Origin: an uncultured Ruminiclostridium sp.
GTDB lineage: Bacteria > Bacillota > Clostridia > Oscillospirales > Ruminococcaceae
DNA: 64,000 nucleotides
Direction of reading: 5' to 3'
Assembly (NCBI GenBank): GCA_964520065.1
Contig: CAZFMC010000004.1
Span: 2,513-66,512 of the forward strand
Positions 40,754 to 50,707 of the stretch are shown here, one piece after another. How positions within the stretch are numbered: the stretch's first letter is position 1; each line of letters starts with the position of its first letter. The position numbers and the translations under genes are program-made. A model generated the notes under the pieces. The model did no database searches. It was given only the letters and a program-made list of their open reading frames with translations, and had not been told where the DNA came from.

Positions 40754-41797
40754 ATGAAAAGAGCGCTTATTACAGGAGTAACAGGTCAGGACGGAAGCTA
40801 TCTCGCAGAGCTTCTGCTTGAAAAGGGGTACGAGGTTTACGGTCTGGTGAGAAGAAAATCACGCCTTGATTTTGGAAATCTTGAAGGAACTGCCGCGAAA
40901 GAAAAAATAAATTTTATTTTCGGAGATATTACCGATATGGCGGCGATGATAAACGCAATTAAGGAATCGCAGCCGGACGAGGTATACAACCTTGCCGCCC
41001 AATCCTTTGTCGCACAGTCCTTCAAGGAGCCTGTTGCAAGTGCCAATATCACGGGTGTTGCTGCTGCAAATATACTTGAAGCAATTAAGAATATTAAGCC
41101 TGACGCTAAGTATTATCAGGCTTCAACATCTGAAATGTTCGGTGGCTGTATTGAGGATCAGGGCGAACATTTTGACGGTTACACGGAAAAATCCTTCTTC
41201 CACCCCAGAAGTCCCTATGGCGTAGCCAAGCTTTACGCACACTGGATAACAAGAAATTACCGCGAAGGCTATAATATGTTTGCCTGCTCAGGCATCCTTT
41301 TCAATCACGAGAGCGAAAGAAGAGGACACGAATTTGTTACGAGAAAGATTACGGACGCAGCCGTAAGAATTAAGCTTGGTATGCAGGATCATCTTGAGCT
41401 TGGTAATATGGACGCCAAGCGCGACTGGGGACACTCAAAGGATTATGTAAATGCAATGTGGCTTATGCTGCAGCAGGACAAGCCGCAGGATTATGTTATT
41501 GCGTCCCATGAAACACATACTGTTCGCGAGTTCGTTGAGCTTTCCTTTAAGGCGCTTGAAATTGATGTGAAGTGGAGCGGCGAAGGTGTAAATGAGGTTG
41601 GAACTGACGCGGCAACAGGAAAGGTTATTGTCAAAATAAATCCCAAATTCTATCGTCCTGCTGAGGTTGACCTCCTTCTTGGAAATCCTGCAAAGGCTGA
41701 GGAGGAACTGGGCTGGAAACGTGAAATTTCTTTCAAGGAGCTTGTTGAAAGAATGGTAAAGAACGATATGGCGCTTCTTTCGGGTAAACAGAAGTGA
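40754..41797 (+). CDS. gmd: GDP-mannose 4,6-dehydratase
   Basis: TGVTGQDGSYL, YNLAAQSFV, PRSPYGVAKL, GILFNHES, YRPAEVD. Confidence 0.97.
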   Translation: MKRALITGVTGQDGSYLAELLLEKGYEVYGLVRRKSRLDFGNLEGTAAKEKINFIFGDITDMAAMINAIKESQPDEVYNLAAQSFVAQSFKEPVASANITGVAAANILEAIKNIKPDAKYYQASTSEMFGGCIEDQGEHFDGYTEKSFFHPRSPYGVAKLYAHWITRNYREGYNMFACSGILFNHESERRGHEFVTRKITDAAVRIKLGMQDHLELGNMDAKRDWGHSKDYVNAMWLMLQQDKPQDYVIASHETHTVREFVELSFKALEIDVKWSGEGVNEVGTDAATGKVIVKINPKFYRPAEVDLLLGNPAKAEEELGWKREISFKELVERMVKNDMALLSGKQK

Positions 41798-42738
41798 AAG
41801 CTTTAATAATCGGCGCCGGTGGATTTGTTGGCGGGTATCTTATCAGCGAGCTTAGAGGAAGAAACTGGGATGTTTGCGCGACAAAACTTCCACACGAGAA
41901 AATAACAATTTTTGGTGCCGATGAGCCTTCATATCAGACGGTTAATCTTGACATTCTTGATGAAAACTCCGTCAGAAAGGTGCTTGTGGAATGTCGTCCC
42001 GATGTTATTTTTCATCTTGCAGCACAAAGCTCGGTTGCTCTCTCGTGGAAAAAGCCTGCTTTGACTGTTGATATTAACATAAAGGGCTGTATAAATCTAC
42101 TTGAAGCTGTCAGGGCTGTAGAAATATCGCCGAGGATTCTCTTCATAGGTTCCAGCGAGGAGTATGGTTTTGCCGCAAATCGTCCCGAACCTGTAAATGA
42201 AGATGTTCATCCTGAGCCTGCCAATATTTATGCCATCAGTAAGTTTACCCAGAATATGATAGGCGAGCTTTACTGTAAGGCTTATGGTATGGATATCATT
42301 TCTGTCAGGGCGTTTAATCATATAGGCGCGGGTCAAATGCCACAGTTTGTGGTTTCCGACTTCTGCAAGCAGGCTGTGGAAATATCCATGGGCTTGCGCG
42401 AGCCTGTAATTAAGGTTGGAAATTTATCCGCAAAGCGCGATTTTACTGATGTTCGCGACATTGTTAGGGCATATGCGGAGCTTTCGCTAAAGGGAAAAAC
42501 AGGTGAAACCTATAATGTCGGAAGCGGTCATGCTGTTTCAATACAGTCCATATTGAATCGAATAATCGAGCTATCGGGTACGGATATTAGAGTAGAAACT
42601 GACCCTGAAAAGCTTCGTCCTGTTGATGTGCCGTTTATCGAGGCTGATGTGGCTAAGCTGAAAAGAGATACGGGGTGGGAAAGAAATATATCGTTGGATA
42701 TGTCCCTTATGGATATAATGGATTATTTAAAAAACTAA
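41794..42738 (+). CDS. rmd: GDP-4-keto-6-deoxy-D-mannose reductase (GDP-D-rhamnose forming)
   Basis: FHLAAQSSV, GSSEEYG, RAFNHIGAGQ, VGNLSAKRDFTDVRD; follows gmd and lacks Fcl motifs. Confidence 0.8.
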   Translation: MKALIIGAGGFVGGYLISELRGRNWDVCATKLPHEKITIFGADEPSYQTVNLDILDENSVRKVLVECRPDVIFHLAAQSSVALSWKKPALTVDINIKGCINLLEAVRAVEISPRILFIGSSEEYGFAANRPEPVNEDVHPEPANIYAISKFTQNMIGELYCKAYGMDIISVRAFNHIGAGQMPQFVVSDFCKQAVEISMGLREPVIKVGNLSAKRDFTDVRDIVRAYAELSLKGKTGETYNVGSGHAVSIQSILNRIIELSGTDIRVETDPEKLRPVDVPFIEADVAKLKRDTGWERNISLDMSLMDIMDYLKN

Positions 42739-42751
42739 GATTGAGGACGTT

Positions 42752-43270
42752 ATGAATAAAGATATTTACTCAAACATATTTGAACTTACAAAGAGCAATA
42801 TTGAGTCGGCGGGTGGCGAATTTTCTGTATCAAAAGAGGCTTTTATTGAGTTGAGCGGAATTCATCCGCAGAATGCAGATGTCTTTCTCCTTTCGCGTGA
42901 GGAAAATAATAGAGTTTTTTTGGAGAAAGCATATATCCGTCTATTAAAACGTCTTGCGGACACAAGAGCATACGAAAACTGGGGTGGAAGATTTAATCTG
43001 CCGGTGTGTGAGTTTCAGAGAATGGTTGTTTACACTATATTACAGTCCAAGGAATTTTCAGAGAAAAATGTTAATGTATACAATAACATCTATTCACTGC
43101 ATAATCAATACAAGGGCGTTTTGTCAGATTCAAAAAAGCTTATGAGTGTAAGAAAGGCGGAGTTTCATCTTAAGTTTTACTGTATACTAAAAAAAATATA
43201 CTATAAGCTACCCGAAAAAACGAAAAATATGCTTAAAAAATTGATTTTGAATCGGAGGCACAAAGGATGA
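42752..43270 (+). CDS. Small protein with DUF4214-like helix motif
   Basis: FLEKAYIRLLKRLAD...W...QSKEF resembles the repeats in the downstream methyltransferase. Confidence 0.55.
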   Translation: MNKDIYSNIFELTKSNIESAGGEFSVSKEAFIELSGIHPQNADVFLLSREENNRVFLEKAYIRLLKRLADTRAYENWGGRFNLPVCEFQRMVVYTILQSKEFSEKNVNVYNNIYSLHNQYKGVLSDSKKLMSVRKAEFHLKFYCILKKIYYKLPEKTKNMLKKLILNRRHKG

Positions 43271-45696
43271 ATAAAAAAACCATAATATATTCCGATGTTA
43301 CCAACTTGATGAGTGTAGATTTTCTGACGGGAATACAGCGTGTTGTCAGGGAGATTGTTGTCAGAATGCTAAAAAATGACAATATTACTCTGCACCTGCT
43401 GGCTTATAATGAGGTGCTTAATGCATATAAGCTTATCAGAAATGACAAATTTCTGGAGTATTACGTGGAGAAAAATGGTGAAAAAAAAGATGTCGTTTCC
43501 GATGAGGTGGTAGAGTTTGCCGACATTCCATCAGGAACTGTTTTTTTTGATATAGATTCCGTCTGGAATAGCAGACTTAAAAGAAGTTGGCTTTTTCCAA
43601 TACTTAAGCAGAAGGGCGTCAAGATCGTTACCCAGCTTTACGACCTTATACCTATAACCCACTCTCAGTTTTCGCATGAAAACACTTGCATGAATTTTAT
43701 GGTTTACGTGGGTGCAAATATCAAGTACGCTGATCTTATAATTACCTCGGCAAAGGCTACCGCAGACGCACTGGATGAATTGTGTGACAGACTTGGGGAG
43801 AAAAGAAAAAAAAGTATTGTTGTTCCTCTCGGTGCAGATTTTTCTGTCAAAAACTCGGACGGCAAAATTGATGAAAGCGCTATAAAAGCAGCACAGGGAA
43901 GATATATCCTCATGTTAGGAACAATTGAACCGCGAAAGAACCATAGTCTTGTTATAGACGCTCTTGAAAATGGGCTTGCAGAGCTTGGGATAAACGTGAT
44001 TTTCGCAGGACGAATAGGTTGGAACGTAGCGGCGCTTGAAAAACGAATAAAAGAGCATCCGCTTCTTGGGAAAAATTTGTTTTTTGTGGAAAAACCAAAT
44101 GACGCTACGGTCGATATGCTTTATAAGAACGCGTTGGCTGTTGCATTCCCCACCTTTAATGAAGGTTTTGGTTTGCCTATGATTGAGGCGTTCTGTCGTC
44201 ATACCCCGGTTATCGCTTCAGATATCGGAGTGTTGAGAGAGGTAGGCGGAGAGCTTGCGGATTATTTTGATCTGCATGACACGGATTCATTTATCAAAGC
44301 TGTGCGGTCGCTTGCAGATGATGAAAAGGCATATTTGCGAAAAAAAGCTCAGTTAGAAAAGTTCGTTCCATTTACATGGGATGATTCTGCGAAGATGTTT
44401 ATTTCAGCTGTATGTTCTGTAAATGACAATATGGTACAGGTGTCCGAAAATGCAAAGGTGAAACAGCTTGTTGTGCTTACTGCAAGGAATGATGATATAC
44501 TTGCGACCTTGCCTTATCTTGAAAAGTATATGCCGTTTATTACGGAATTGGTAGTTTGTTGTCCCGACAGAAATGTAACAGAGCTGAAAAATGCTTATAA
44601 GGGTAGGTTTGAACTGAAGTTTCTTACGGATAGTGAAGTACTTGATGGAGCAGAGCTGCCTGAGGATCATCAGACGAGAAATTTCTTTTTAAGATGTCTT
44701 ATTCTCAAAAAAAATATCATTGATGATGTATTTATTATGACGGATGATGATTACAGACCGCTCCGAGAGATAACAGTTCGTGATTATATTGATAACAACA
44801 GGTACAAGGCTTATTATTGTTATGATTTAAATGAGTGGGACGGTACTTATGGCAACCCTACTTCATTTGATATTGGTATGAAAAAATCAAGAAATTGGTT
44901 GTCTGAAAACGGATATCCCACAATGATGTACGCTTCCCATCAGCCGCAAATCATAGATAAATCAATATTTAATGAGCTGATGGCAAAATATCCCGATATT
45001 GTAACATCGGGTGTAGATGAATGGAGCACATATTTCAATTACGGTGTTGGGACATATCCTGACAAATTCAGTGTTGTTCCATATATATCGATGTGCTGGC
45101 CAGGCGCAAAGACGGACTGGGATTTGTATGTTGATCCGCCTGAATTTGCTTTTGAAAATCACTACAGCTTGCTTTATGAAAATGGGCATATATTTAACGG
45201 ACTTCCCGATACCTTTGAGGAGGAAACGCAGGAACAGACTCTTGAAAAAATTAAGAGGTATCGCGCCGAAATAGCATTTCAGTTTGAAGCACGCAAGATA
45301 TATAAGAACTATTGCAATAGTTATCGCAGAGCAAAAAAAGAAATGCCATCGTTTACGGTTGTGTGTACGCCAGATGGGAAAAATATAGCGTTCAATACGC
45401 CTGAGTCAATTAAACTAAAAGCGCTCTCGGTAACCAGAGTGCCATTTGTGTTCGACAGAGATATATTTAATCGTTTAAGAGAAGAAGAGCTAAGGCTTGA
45501 TTATTGGTATACGACAATAAAGAATGAACCTATGACAAGGGTTTTCAGCGTAATAATAGATAATAACGAGCTGAGCTTCAATCTCCCGTTAAGAGCACCT
45601 GCGGTTAAGTCTGATGTGTGTAAATTGAACATATCCGTTACGCTTGTAAAAAAGAAGCTTCGACGTATGGTTACCTTTAATGCTGTAATAGTTTGA
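43267..45696 (+). CDS. Multi-domain glycosyltransferase (N-terminal GT4 + GT-A-like second domain)
   Basis: TGIQRVV, GTIEPRKNH, EGFGLPMIEA; later FIMTDDD (DxD) domain. Confidence 0.82.
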   Translation: MNKKTIIYSDVTNLMSVDFLTGIQRVVREIVVRMLKNDNITLHLLAYNEVLNAYKLIRNDKFLEYYVEKNGEKKDVVSDEVVEFADIPSGTVFFDIDSVWNSRLKRSWLFPILKQKGVKIVTQLYDLIPITHSQFSHENTCMNFMVYVGANIKYADLIITSAKATADALDELCDRLGEKRKKSIVVPLGADFSVKNSDGKIDESAIKAAQGRYILMLGTIEPRKNHSLVIDALENGLAELGINVIFAGRIGWNVAALEKRIKEHPLLGKNLFFVEKPNDATVDMLYKNALAVAFPTFNEGFGLPMIEAFCRHTPVIASDIGVLREVGGELADYFDLHDTDSFIKAVRSLADDEKAYLRKKAQLEKFVPFTWDDSAKMFISAVCSVNDNMVQVSENAKVKQLVVLTARNDDILATLPYLEKYMPFITELVVCCPDRNVTELKNAYKGRFELKFLTDSEVLDGAELPEDHQTRNFFLRCLILKKNIIDDVFIMTDDDYRPLREITVRDYIDNNRYKAYYCYDLNEWDGTYGNPTSFDIGMKKSRNWLSENGYPTMMYASHQPQIIDKSIFNELMAKYPDIVTSGVDEWSTYFNYGVGTYPDKFSVVPYISMCWPGAKTDWDLYVDPPEFAFENHYSLLYENGHIFNGLPDTFEEETQEQTLEKIKRYRAEIAFQFEARKIYKNYCNSYRRAKKEMPSFTVVCTPDGKNIAFNTPESIKLKALSVTRVPFVFDRDIFNRLREEELRLDYWYTTIKNEPMTRVFSVIIDNNELSFNLPLRAPAVKSDVCKLNISVTLVKKKLRRMVTFNAVIV

Positions 45697-45717
45697 TGCA
45701 AAAAAGGAGATGCCTAA

Positions 45718-46497
45718 TTGAGAACCTTAAAGGAAATATATGAATACCGACAGATGATAGCAAGTCTTGTGAAAAAGGATCTGAGGGGAAGATATAAGGG
45801 ATCCGTGTTGGGCTTTCTGTGGACCTTTGTTAATCCGCTTTTGCAGTTGCTTGTGTATTCAGTTGTGTTTTCATCAGTTATGAGGGTGACTAATGTAGAT
45901 AAATATTATTTGTATCTGTTTGTAGCTCTTATACCTTGGATATTTTTTTCATCCTCTTTTACAGGCGGCGCGGTGACAATACTTGCGAACAAAAATTTGA
46001 TAACAAAAATTTACTTTCCAAGGGAAGTATTGCCTATTTCTTATGTTACAAGCTGTTTTGTGAATATGCTTTTTTCGTTTGTGGTTGTATTTGTCGTAGT
46101 GATAATTTCTGGAATAGGAATAAATCCCATCTCACTTCTCTTTCTTCCTCTCGTGATGATTATTGAATATACTTTTTCGCTTGGAATCGCCTTGATAGTT
46201 TCGGCAGTAAATGTTTACTTCAGAGACCTGCAGCATATTCTTGGTATTATTTCTATGGCGTGGATGTACTTTTCACCTATAGTTTATGGTATAGGTGATA
46301 TTCCGGAAGAATGGAGAAATATTTTTAGGCTGAATCCTATGTGCCATATTATTACGGCATACAGAGATATTCTTTATTACAAAGCTATTCCTGAAACGTC
46401 TGCGCTGCTTATGACCGGCGTGGTATCGGTGGTGGTGCTTATCATTGGCTTCTGGGTATTCTCAAGACTAAAAAAGAGATTTGCAGAAACGGTTTGA
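45718..46497 (+). CDS. wzm: Polysaccharide ABC transporter permease
   Basis: RYKGSVLGFLW, KIYFPRE, FRDLQH, LNP. Confidence 0.93.
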   Translation: MRTLKEIYEYRQMIASLVKKDLRGRYKGSVLGFLWTFVNPLLQLLVYSVVFSSVMRVTNVDKYYLYLFVALIPWIFFSSSFTGGAVTILANKNLITKIYFPREVLPISYVTSCFVNMLFSFVVVFVVVIISGIGINPISLLFLPLVMIIEYTFSLGIALIVSAVNVYFRDLQHILGIISMAWMYFSPIVYGIGDIPEEWRNIFRLNPMCHIITAYRDILYYKAIPETSALLMTGVVSVVVLIIGFWVFSRLKKRFAETV

Positions 46498-46511
46498 TGG
46501 AGTTTAATTAT

Positions 46512-47813
46512 ATGGAAAACGATATTGCGATAAAGGTAACCGATGTATATAAATCCTTCAAGGTTTACAGTGACAGAGGGTATAGTTTTAAAGAAGCGCT
46601 TCTTTTCAGCAAAAGAAGAAAATATGAAAATCACGATGTTATAAACGGCATTTCCTTTGAAGTGAAAAAGGGCGAGGCTATTGGTCTTGTGGGTCATAAT
46701 GGCTGCGGAAAAAGCACCATGCTTAAAATGCTTACAAGGATAATGTACCCTGACAAGGGAATTGTAGAGATAAATGGCAGAGTGTCCAGTCTTATTGAGC
46801 TTGGTGCAGGTTTTCACCCCGATATGAGCGGTAGGGAAAATATTTACACTAATGCCGCTATCTTCGGATTAACAAAAGCAGAGATAGATGAAAAGCTGCA
46901 GAAAATAATAGATTTTTCGGAAATCGAAGAGTTTATTGATAATCCTGTAAGGACCTATTCGTCAGGCATGTATATGCGACTTGCGTTTGCCGTTGCTATA
47001 AATGTAAATGCCGACGTTCTGTTGATAGATGAGATTCTGGCGGTTGGCGATATTGCATTCCAGAATAAGTGTTTTAACCGCCTTAAAGAGATTAAAGCAG
47101 ATGGTACGACAATAGTTATTGTATCTCATAGCCTTTCTCAAATAGAACAGATATGTGAAAGATCTATATGGATAAATGAGGGCGTTATTTGTGGGGAAGG
47201 CGATCCAAAAGAAGTCCATATGGCATATCTTGATTATATGGTAAAAAAGCAAAGGAAGAACGAAAAGGCTGCTGTGCATGTAAGGAAAGAAGATCAAAAG
47301 GTTGAAGAAAAAGATAAGCAAACGCTAGCACAGCAGAAAAAGAACGCTGATACCAGGGAAGTGAAGATGCCGGAAGAAACCAAGAAAAGATGGGGAAGTC
47401 AGGACGCTCATATAACATCTATTAGCATACGGTCGAGCGACGGCAGAGAAAGCAGGTTATTTCAAACAAACGATGATATCGAAATAGAACTTTCCTATGA
47501 AGTTAGAAGCCCCGTGCGTGATGCCGTATTTGGAATAGGAATATTCAATCGTGGCGGGATTCAGTGTTACGGAACAAATACGCGAATAGATGGTGTTTCC
47601 GATTATTCTCTGGAAAAATCCGGACGCATGATTCTGAAATTGACTGCTTTGCCGTTACTTGCAGGTGAATATCTTTTGGACTTTGCTATTGAACAGGGGC
47701 AGGGCGTACCTGTGGATTATTACAGAGAGGCAGCAGTTATTACTGTTACGTCAAATGTAACCGATGTTGGTGTGGCTCGTATTGCTCATGAATGGGATCT
47801 TAGTGGATGTTGA
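46512..47813 (+). CDS. wzt: Polysaccharide ABC ATPase with C-terminal carbohydrate-binding domain
   Basis: [27 protein letters not shown], plus about 170-aa Wzt_C domain. Confidence 0.93.
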   Translation: MENDIAIKVTDVYKSFKVYSDRGYSFKEALLFSKRRKYENHDVINGISFEVKKGEAIGLVGHNGCGKSTMLKMLTRIMYPDKGIVEINGRVSSLIELGAGFHPDMSGRENIYTNAAIFGLTKAEIDEKLQKIIDFSEIEEFIDNPVRTYSSGMYMRLAFAVAINVNADVLLIDEILAVGDIAFQNKCFNRLKEIKADGTTIVIVSHSLSQIEQICERSIWINEGVICGEGDPKEVHMAYLDYMVKKQRKNEKAAVHVRKEDQKVEEKDKQTLAQQKKNADTREVKMPEETKKRWGSQDAHITSISIRSSDGRESRLFQTNDDIEIELSYEVRSPVRDAVFGIGIFNRGGIQCYGTNTRIDGVSDYSLEKSGRMILKLTALPLLAGEYLLDFAIEQGQGVPVDYYREAAVITVTSNVTDVGVARIAHEWDLSGC

Positions 47814-47831
47814 AGCATAGGAGGTAGTTAA

Positions 47832-49766
47832 ATGTTTCCCGATTTGGATAAGAACTCGGCGTATATTAAACGTAAATCATTTAATGACGGATCTCTGGAT
47901 ATTTGTAATGATGATACCTTGAGCAGTTCAGCCTTGTACGAGGACTTGTTGGAAAAAAAAGAAAGTATAGATAAGCAGAGATATACTATTTCTGCTGGTT
48001 TTTCTGAGAAAAAGGGACAGGTTGTTAATATACGGCAGTTGCTTTCTTTTGACGACGAAGAATTTGTAAAAATGGCTTATACAGCAATTCTCGGAAGAGA
48101 ACCTGAAAAATCAGCTGTGATTTCATTTCAGGAGACGTTTTCGGCAGCTCCCGACAGAAATGCAAAGATAAATTACTTGAAAGCAGTGGGTTTATCTGAG
48201 GAAGCTATGCTGCGCGGTACTGTGCTTACGGGCTTTGATAGCATAGATATCAAGGAGCTTTATAGGTATTCTGATAGAGAGTTTATAGAAAAAGCATACA
48301 TCGACATTCTTTTTAGAAAACCTGACATTGAAGGAGAAAAACACTTTCTTTCATATCTTAGATCTTCGGAATATTCTGCCGCTGAGATACTGTATATGTT
48401 GCGCCATTCTTCTGAGGGTGAGAAAAATGGAGTAAATATTGTAGGGCTTGATGAAGAGTACCGTAAGAGAATGAAACGCAAAAAGCTCATGAGTATTCCC
48501 GTGATAGGCAGGTGTATTAAATACGTCAGAGGACTTCTACGAGCAAACAGAAGAATAGAGAACCTGAAAAAAGAAAATTATTATCTTCGGGATAAGATTT
48601 ACAATGGTAAATTTATTCTTGATGGCAGGACAACGCAGCTGGCTCAGAGGGTAGACACAAGCGAACGAAAAACTGATACGCTTGTTAAGGCCATGGAAAA
48701 GCTTGATGCCGTTACACGAAAGGTTAGCGATAATGTCAGCGAGTTGAATAGGGAGTCTAAGATAAACGCTGAGAAGATGAGCGAGCAGTCTGCTTCTATT
48801 GCTGAACTTTCGAAGGAATTGGACAAAAGATGCGCTAACTGTGAGAACAGCTTAAGAGAACTTGACGGGTATACCCATCAGATTGGCAACAATATTGCTG
48901 ATATTAACAAAGCATTATCTAATTATGATGGGGTTCTTTCCGAATATGTTCATGAGGATAAGAAAACCTTGCAGTTGCTTCTCGCAGAGGTATTTAGTCT
49001 GAAAACCAGATTAAACGCAATCGAAAATGGTTCGGAAAGAACAGTTGTTAAAACTTCCTACAATACTCACGAAGCGCAAATTGCCCACGTTTCTAATGTC
49101 TATTCATCAATTGACTATTTTGATTTTGAAAATCATTTTAGGGGAAGCAGAGAACACGTCAAGAATGTTCAAAGAATATATATACCCTATTTTGAGGGCA
49201 GGAAGAATGTTTTTGATTTGGGCTGCGGACGAGGAGAGTTTACCGAGCTGCTCAGAGATAATAATATAGGGGTTATAGGTGTGGACACGTATGAACCTTA
49301 TGTGGAATATATGAAGTCTCTCGGTCTGCCAGTTGTGCTTGATGATGCTATTTCCTATCTGCACCACCAGAAAAGTGCTGATGGAATTTTCCTCGGTCAG
49401 GTTATAGAGCATTTATCTGTCGACCAGATTGTTACTATATGTAATATGGCGTATGAAAAGCTAGAGGAAGGCTGTTGTCTTATTATGGAAACACCTAATC
49501 CACGCTCGTTGGCGATATATACTTCAGCATTTTATATTGATCCTTCTCATCAAAAGCCTGTGCATCCGTTTACGTTGAAATATATTGCCGAAAAGGCTGG
49601 TTTTTCAAAAGTGGATATTCTTTATACCGACAGCAGCAGACCGCCGTTCAGCATACCAAAGATCAAGGAAGATGAGCCTGATTTTGATAGATTTAATGAG
49701 GCTATGCAGAAGGTGTCCGAATTGCTTTTTGGTAGTCAGGATTATGCTGTCATCGCCAGAAAATGA
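47832..49766 (+). CDS. Glycan-terminating SAM methyltransferase with DUF4214-like repeats and coiled coil
   Basis: FVKMAYTAILGREP and FIEKAYIDILFRKPD repeats, long heptad region, FENHFRGS, DLGCGRGE, METPNP, QDYAVIARK. Confidence 0.85.
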   Translation: MFPDLDKNSAYIKRKSFNDGSLDICNDDTLSSSALYEDLLEKKESIDKQRYTISAGFSEKKGQVVNIRQLLSFDDEEFVKMAYTAILGREPEKSAVISFQETFSAAPDRNAKINYLKAVGLSEEAMLRGTVLTGFDSIDIKELYRYSDREFIEKAYIDILFRKPDIEGEKHFLSYLRSSEYSAAEILYMLRHSSEGEKNGVNIVGLDEEYRKRMKRKKLMSIPVIGRCIKYVRGLLRANRRIENLKKENYYLRDKIYNGKFILDGRTTQLAQRVDTSERKTDTLVKAMEKLDAVTRKVSDNVSELNRESKINAEKMSEQSASIAELSKELDKRCANCENSLRELDGYTHQIGNNIADINKALSNYDGVLSEYVHEDKKTLQLLLAEVFSLKTRLNAIENGSERTVVKTSYNTHEAQIAHVSNVYSSIDYFDFENHFRGSREHVKNVQRIYIPYFEGRKNVFDLGCGRGEFTELLRDNNIGVIGVDTYEPYVEYMKSLGLPVVLDDAISYLHHQKSADGIFLGQVIEHLSVDQIVTICNMAYEKLEEGCCLIMETPNPRSLAIYTSAFYIDPSHQKPVHPFTLKYIAEKAGFSKVDILYTDSSRPPFSIPKIKEDEPDFDRFNEAMQKVSELLFGSQDYAVIARK

Positions 49767-49785
49767 CAAAATATGGGGGTAAAAA

Positions 49786-50703
49786 ATGAAAAAGGTCTTA
49801 GTTTCCGGAGCAGATGGGTTTGTAGGACGAAATCTTATAAACAGACTTTTGCGTGATGGAAAAGAAGTTTATGCTGTTGTTTATCCCGGCAATAACATTT
49901 ACTCTGAATATCATGATATCAAACTCCATGTTATTTCTTTGGATCTCAATCAGGTTCTTGAACATTTAGATTCATTTCCGGAAAATATTGATGTTTTTTA
50001 TCATTTGGCATGGGTTGGAGTTAAACCGGAGCTCAGAAATAATCTGGATATTCAAATGTCAAATATCGGTATGACTATAAATTGCATGAAGTTGGCATCG
50101 GCTAAACGAATTTCAAAGATAGTACTTCCCGGTTCTACAAATGAATACCTCTATTCCGGAAAGCCAATTAACAAGGATGCCATCCCCACACCGAATAATG
50201 CGTATGGCGCGGCTAAGGTTGCGGTGCGGTTTTTGTGTAATAGTTATGCAGCTGCTAATGATATCAAATTTGTATATGCAATTGTGACCGGAATTTACGC
50301 TGCTGACCGAAGAGATGATAATGTGATTTTTTATACCATTGATAAGCTGCTAAGAAAAGAAAAGCCTGCCCTTACGAAGTTGGAGCAGCTGTGGGACTAT
50401 GTGTATATTGACGATGTGGTTGAAGCATTTACCGCCATAGGTGAAAAAGGTAAAAATGGAGCTGTTTACGCAATAGGGCATGGAGATAACTGGGCGTTAA
50501 GTAATTATATAAGAATCATTCATCATAAAATTGATCCCAGCTTGCCTTTGGGAATAGGGGAAATTCCATACACCGGGAAGAACCTTCCGTGTTCATGCAT
50601 TGACCTTACCGACATCGAAAACGACACGGGATTTAAACCTAAAGTTGATTTTGAAGACGGTATAACTAGGGTGATTAATAAAATAAAAAATGATAAGGAG
50701 TAA
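49786..50703 (+). CDS. NAD-dependent NDP-sugar reductase/epimerase
   Basis: SGADGFVG, YHLAW, GSTNEY, YGAAK, WDYVYIDD. Confidence 0.85.
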   Translation: MKKVLVSGADGFVGRNLINRLLRDGKEVYAVVYPGNNIYSEYHDIKLHVISLDLNQVLEHLDSFPENIDVFYHLAWVGVKPELRNNLDIQMSNIGMTINCMKLASAKRISKIVLPGSTNEYLYSGKPINKDAIPTPNNAYGAAKVAVRFLCNSYAAANDIKFVYAIVTGIYAADRRDDNVIFYTIDKLLRKEKPALTKLEQLWDYVYIDDVVEAFTAIGEKGKNGAVYAIGHGDNWALSNYIRIIHHKIDPSLPLGIGEIPYTGKNLPCSCIDLTDIENDTGFKPKVDFEDGITRVINKIKNDKE

Positions 50704-50707
50704 AAAA

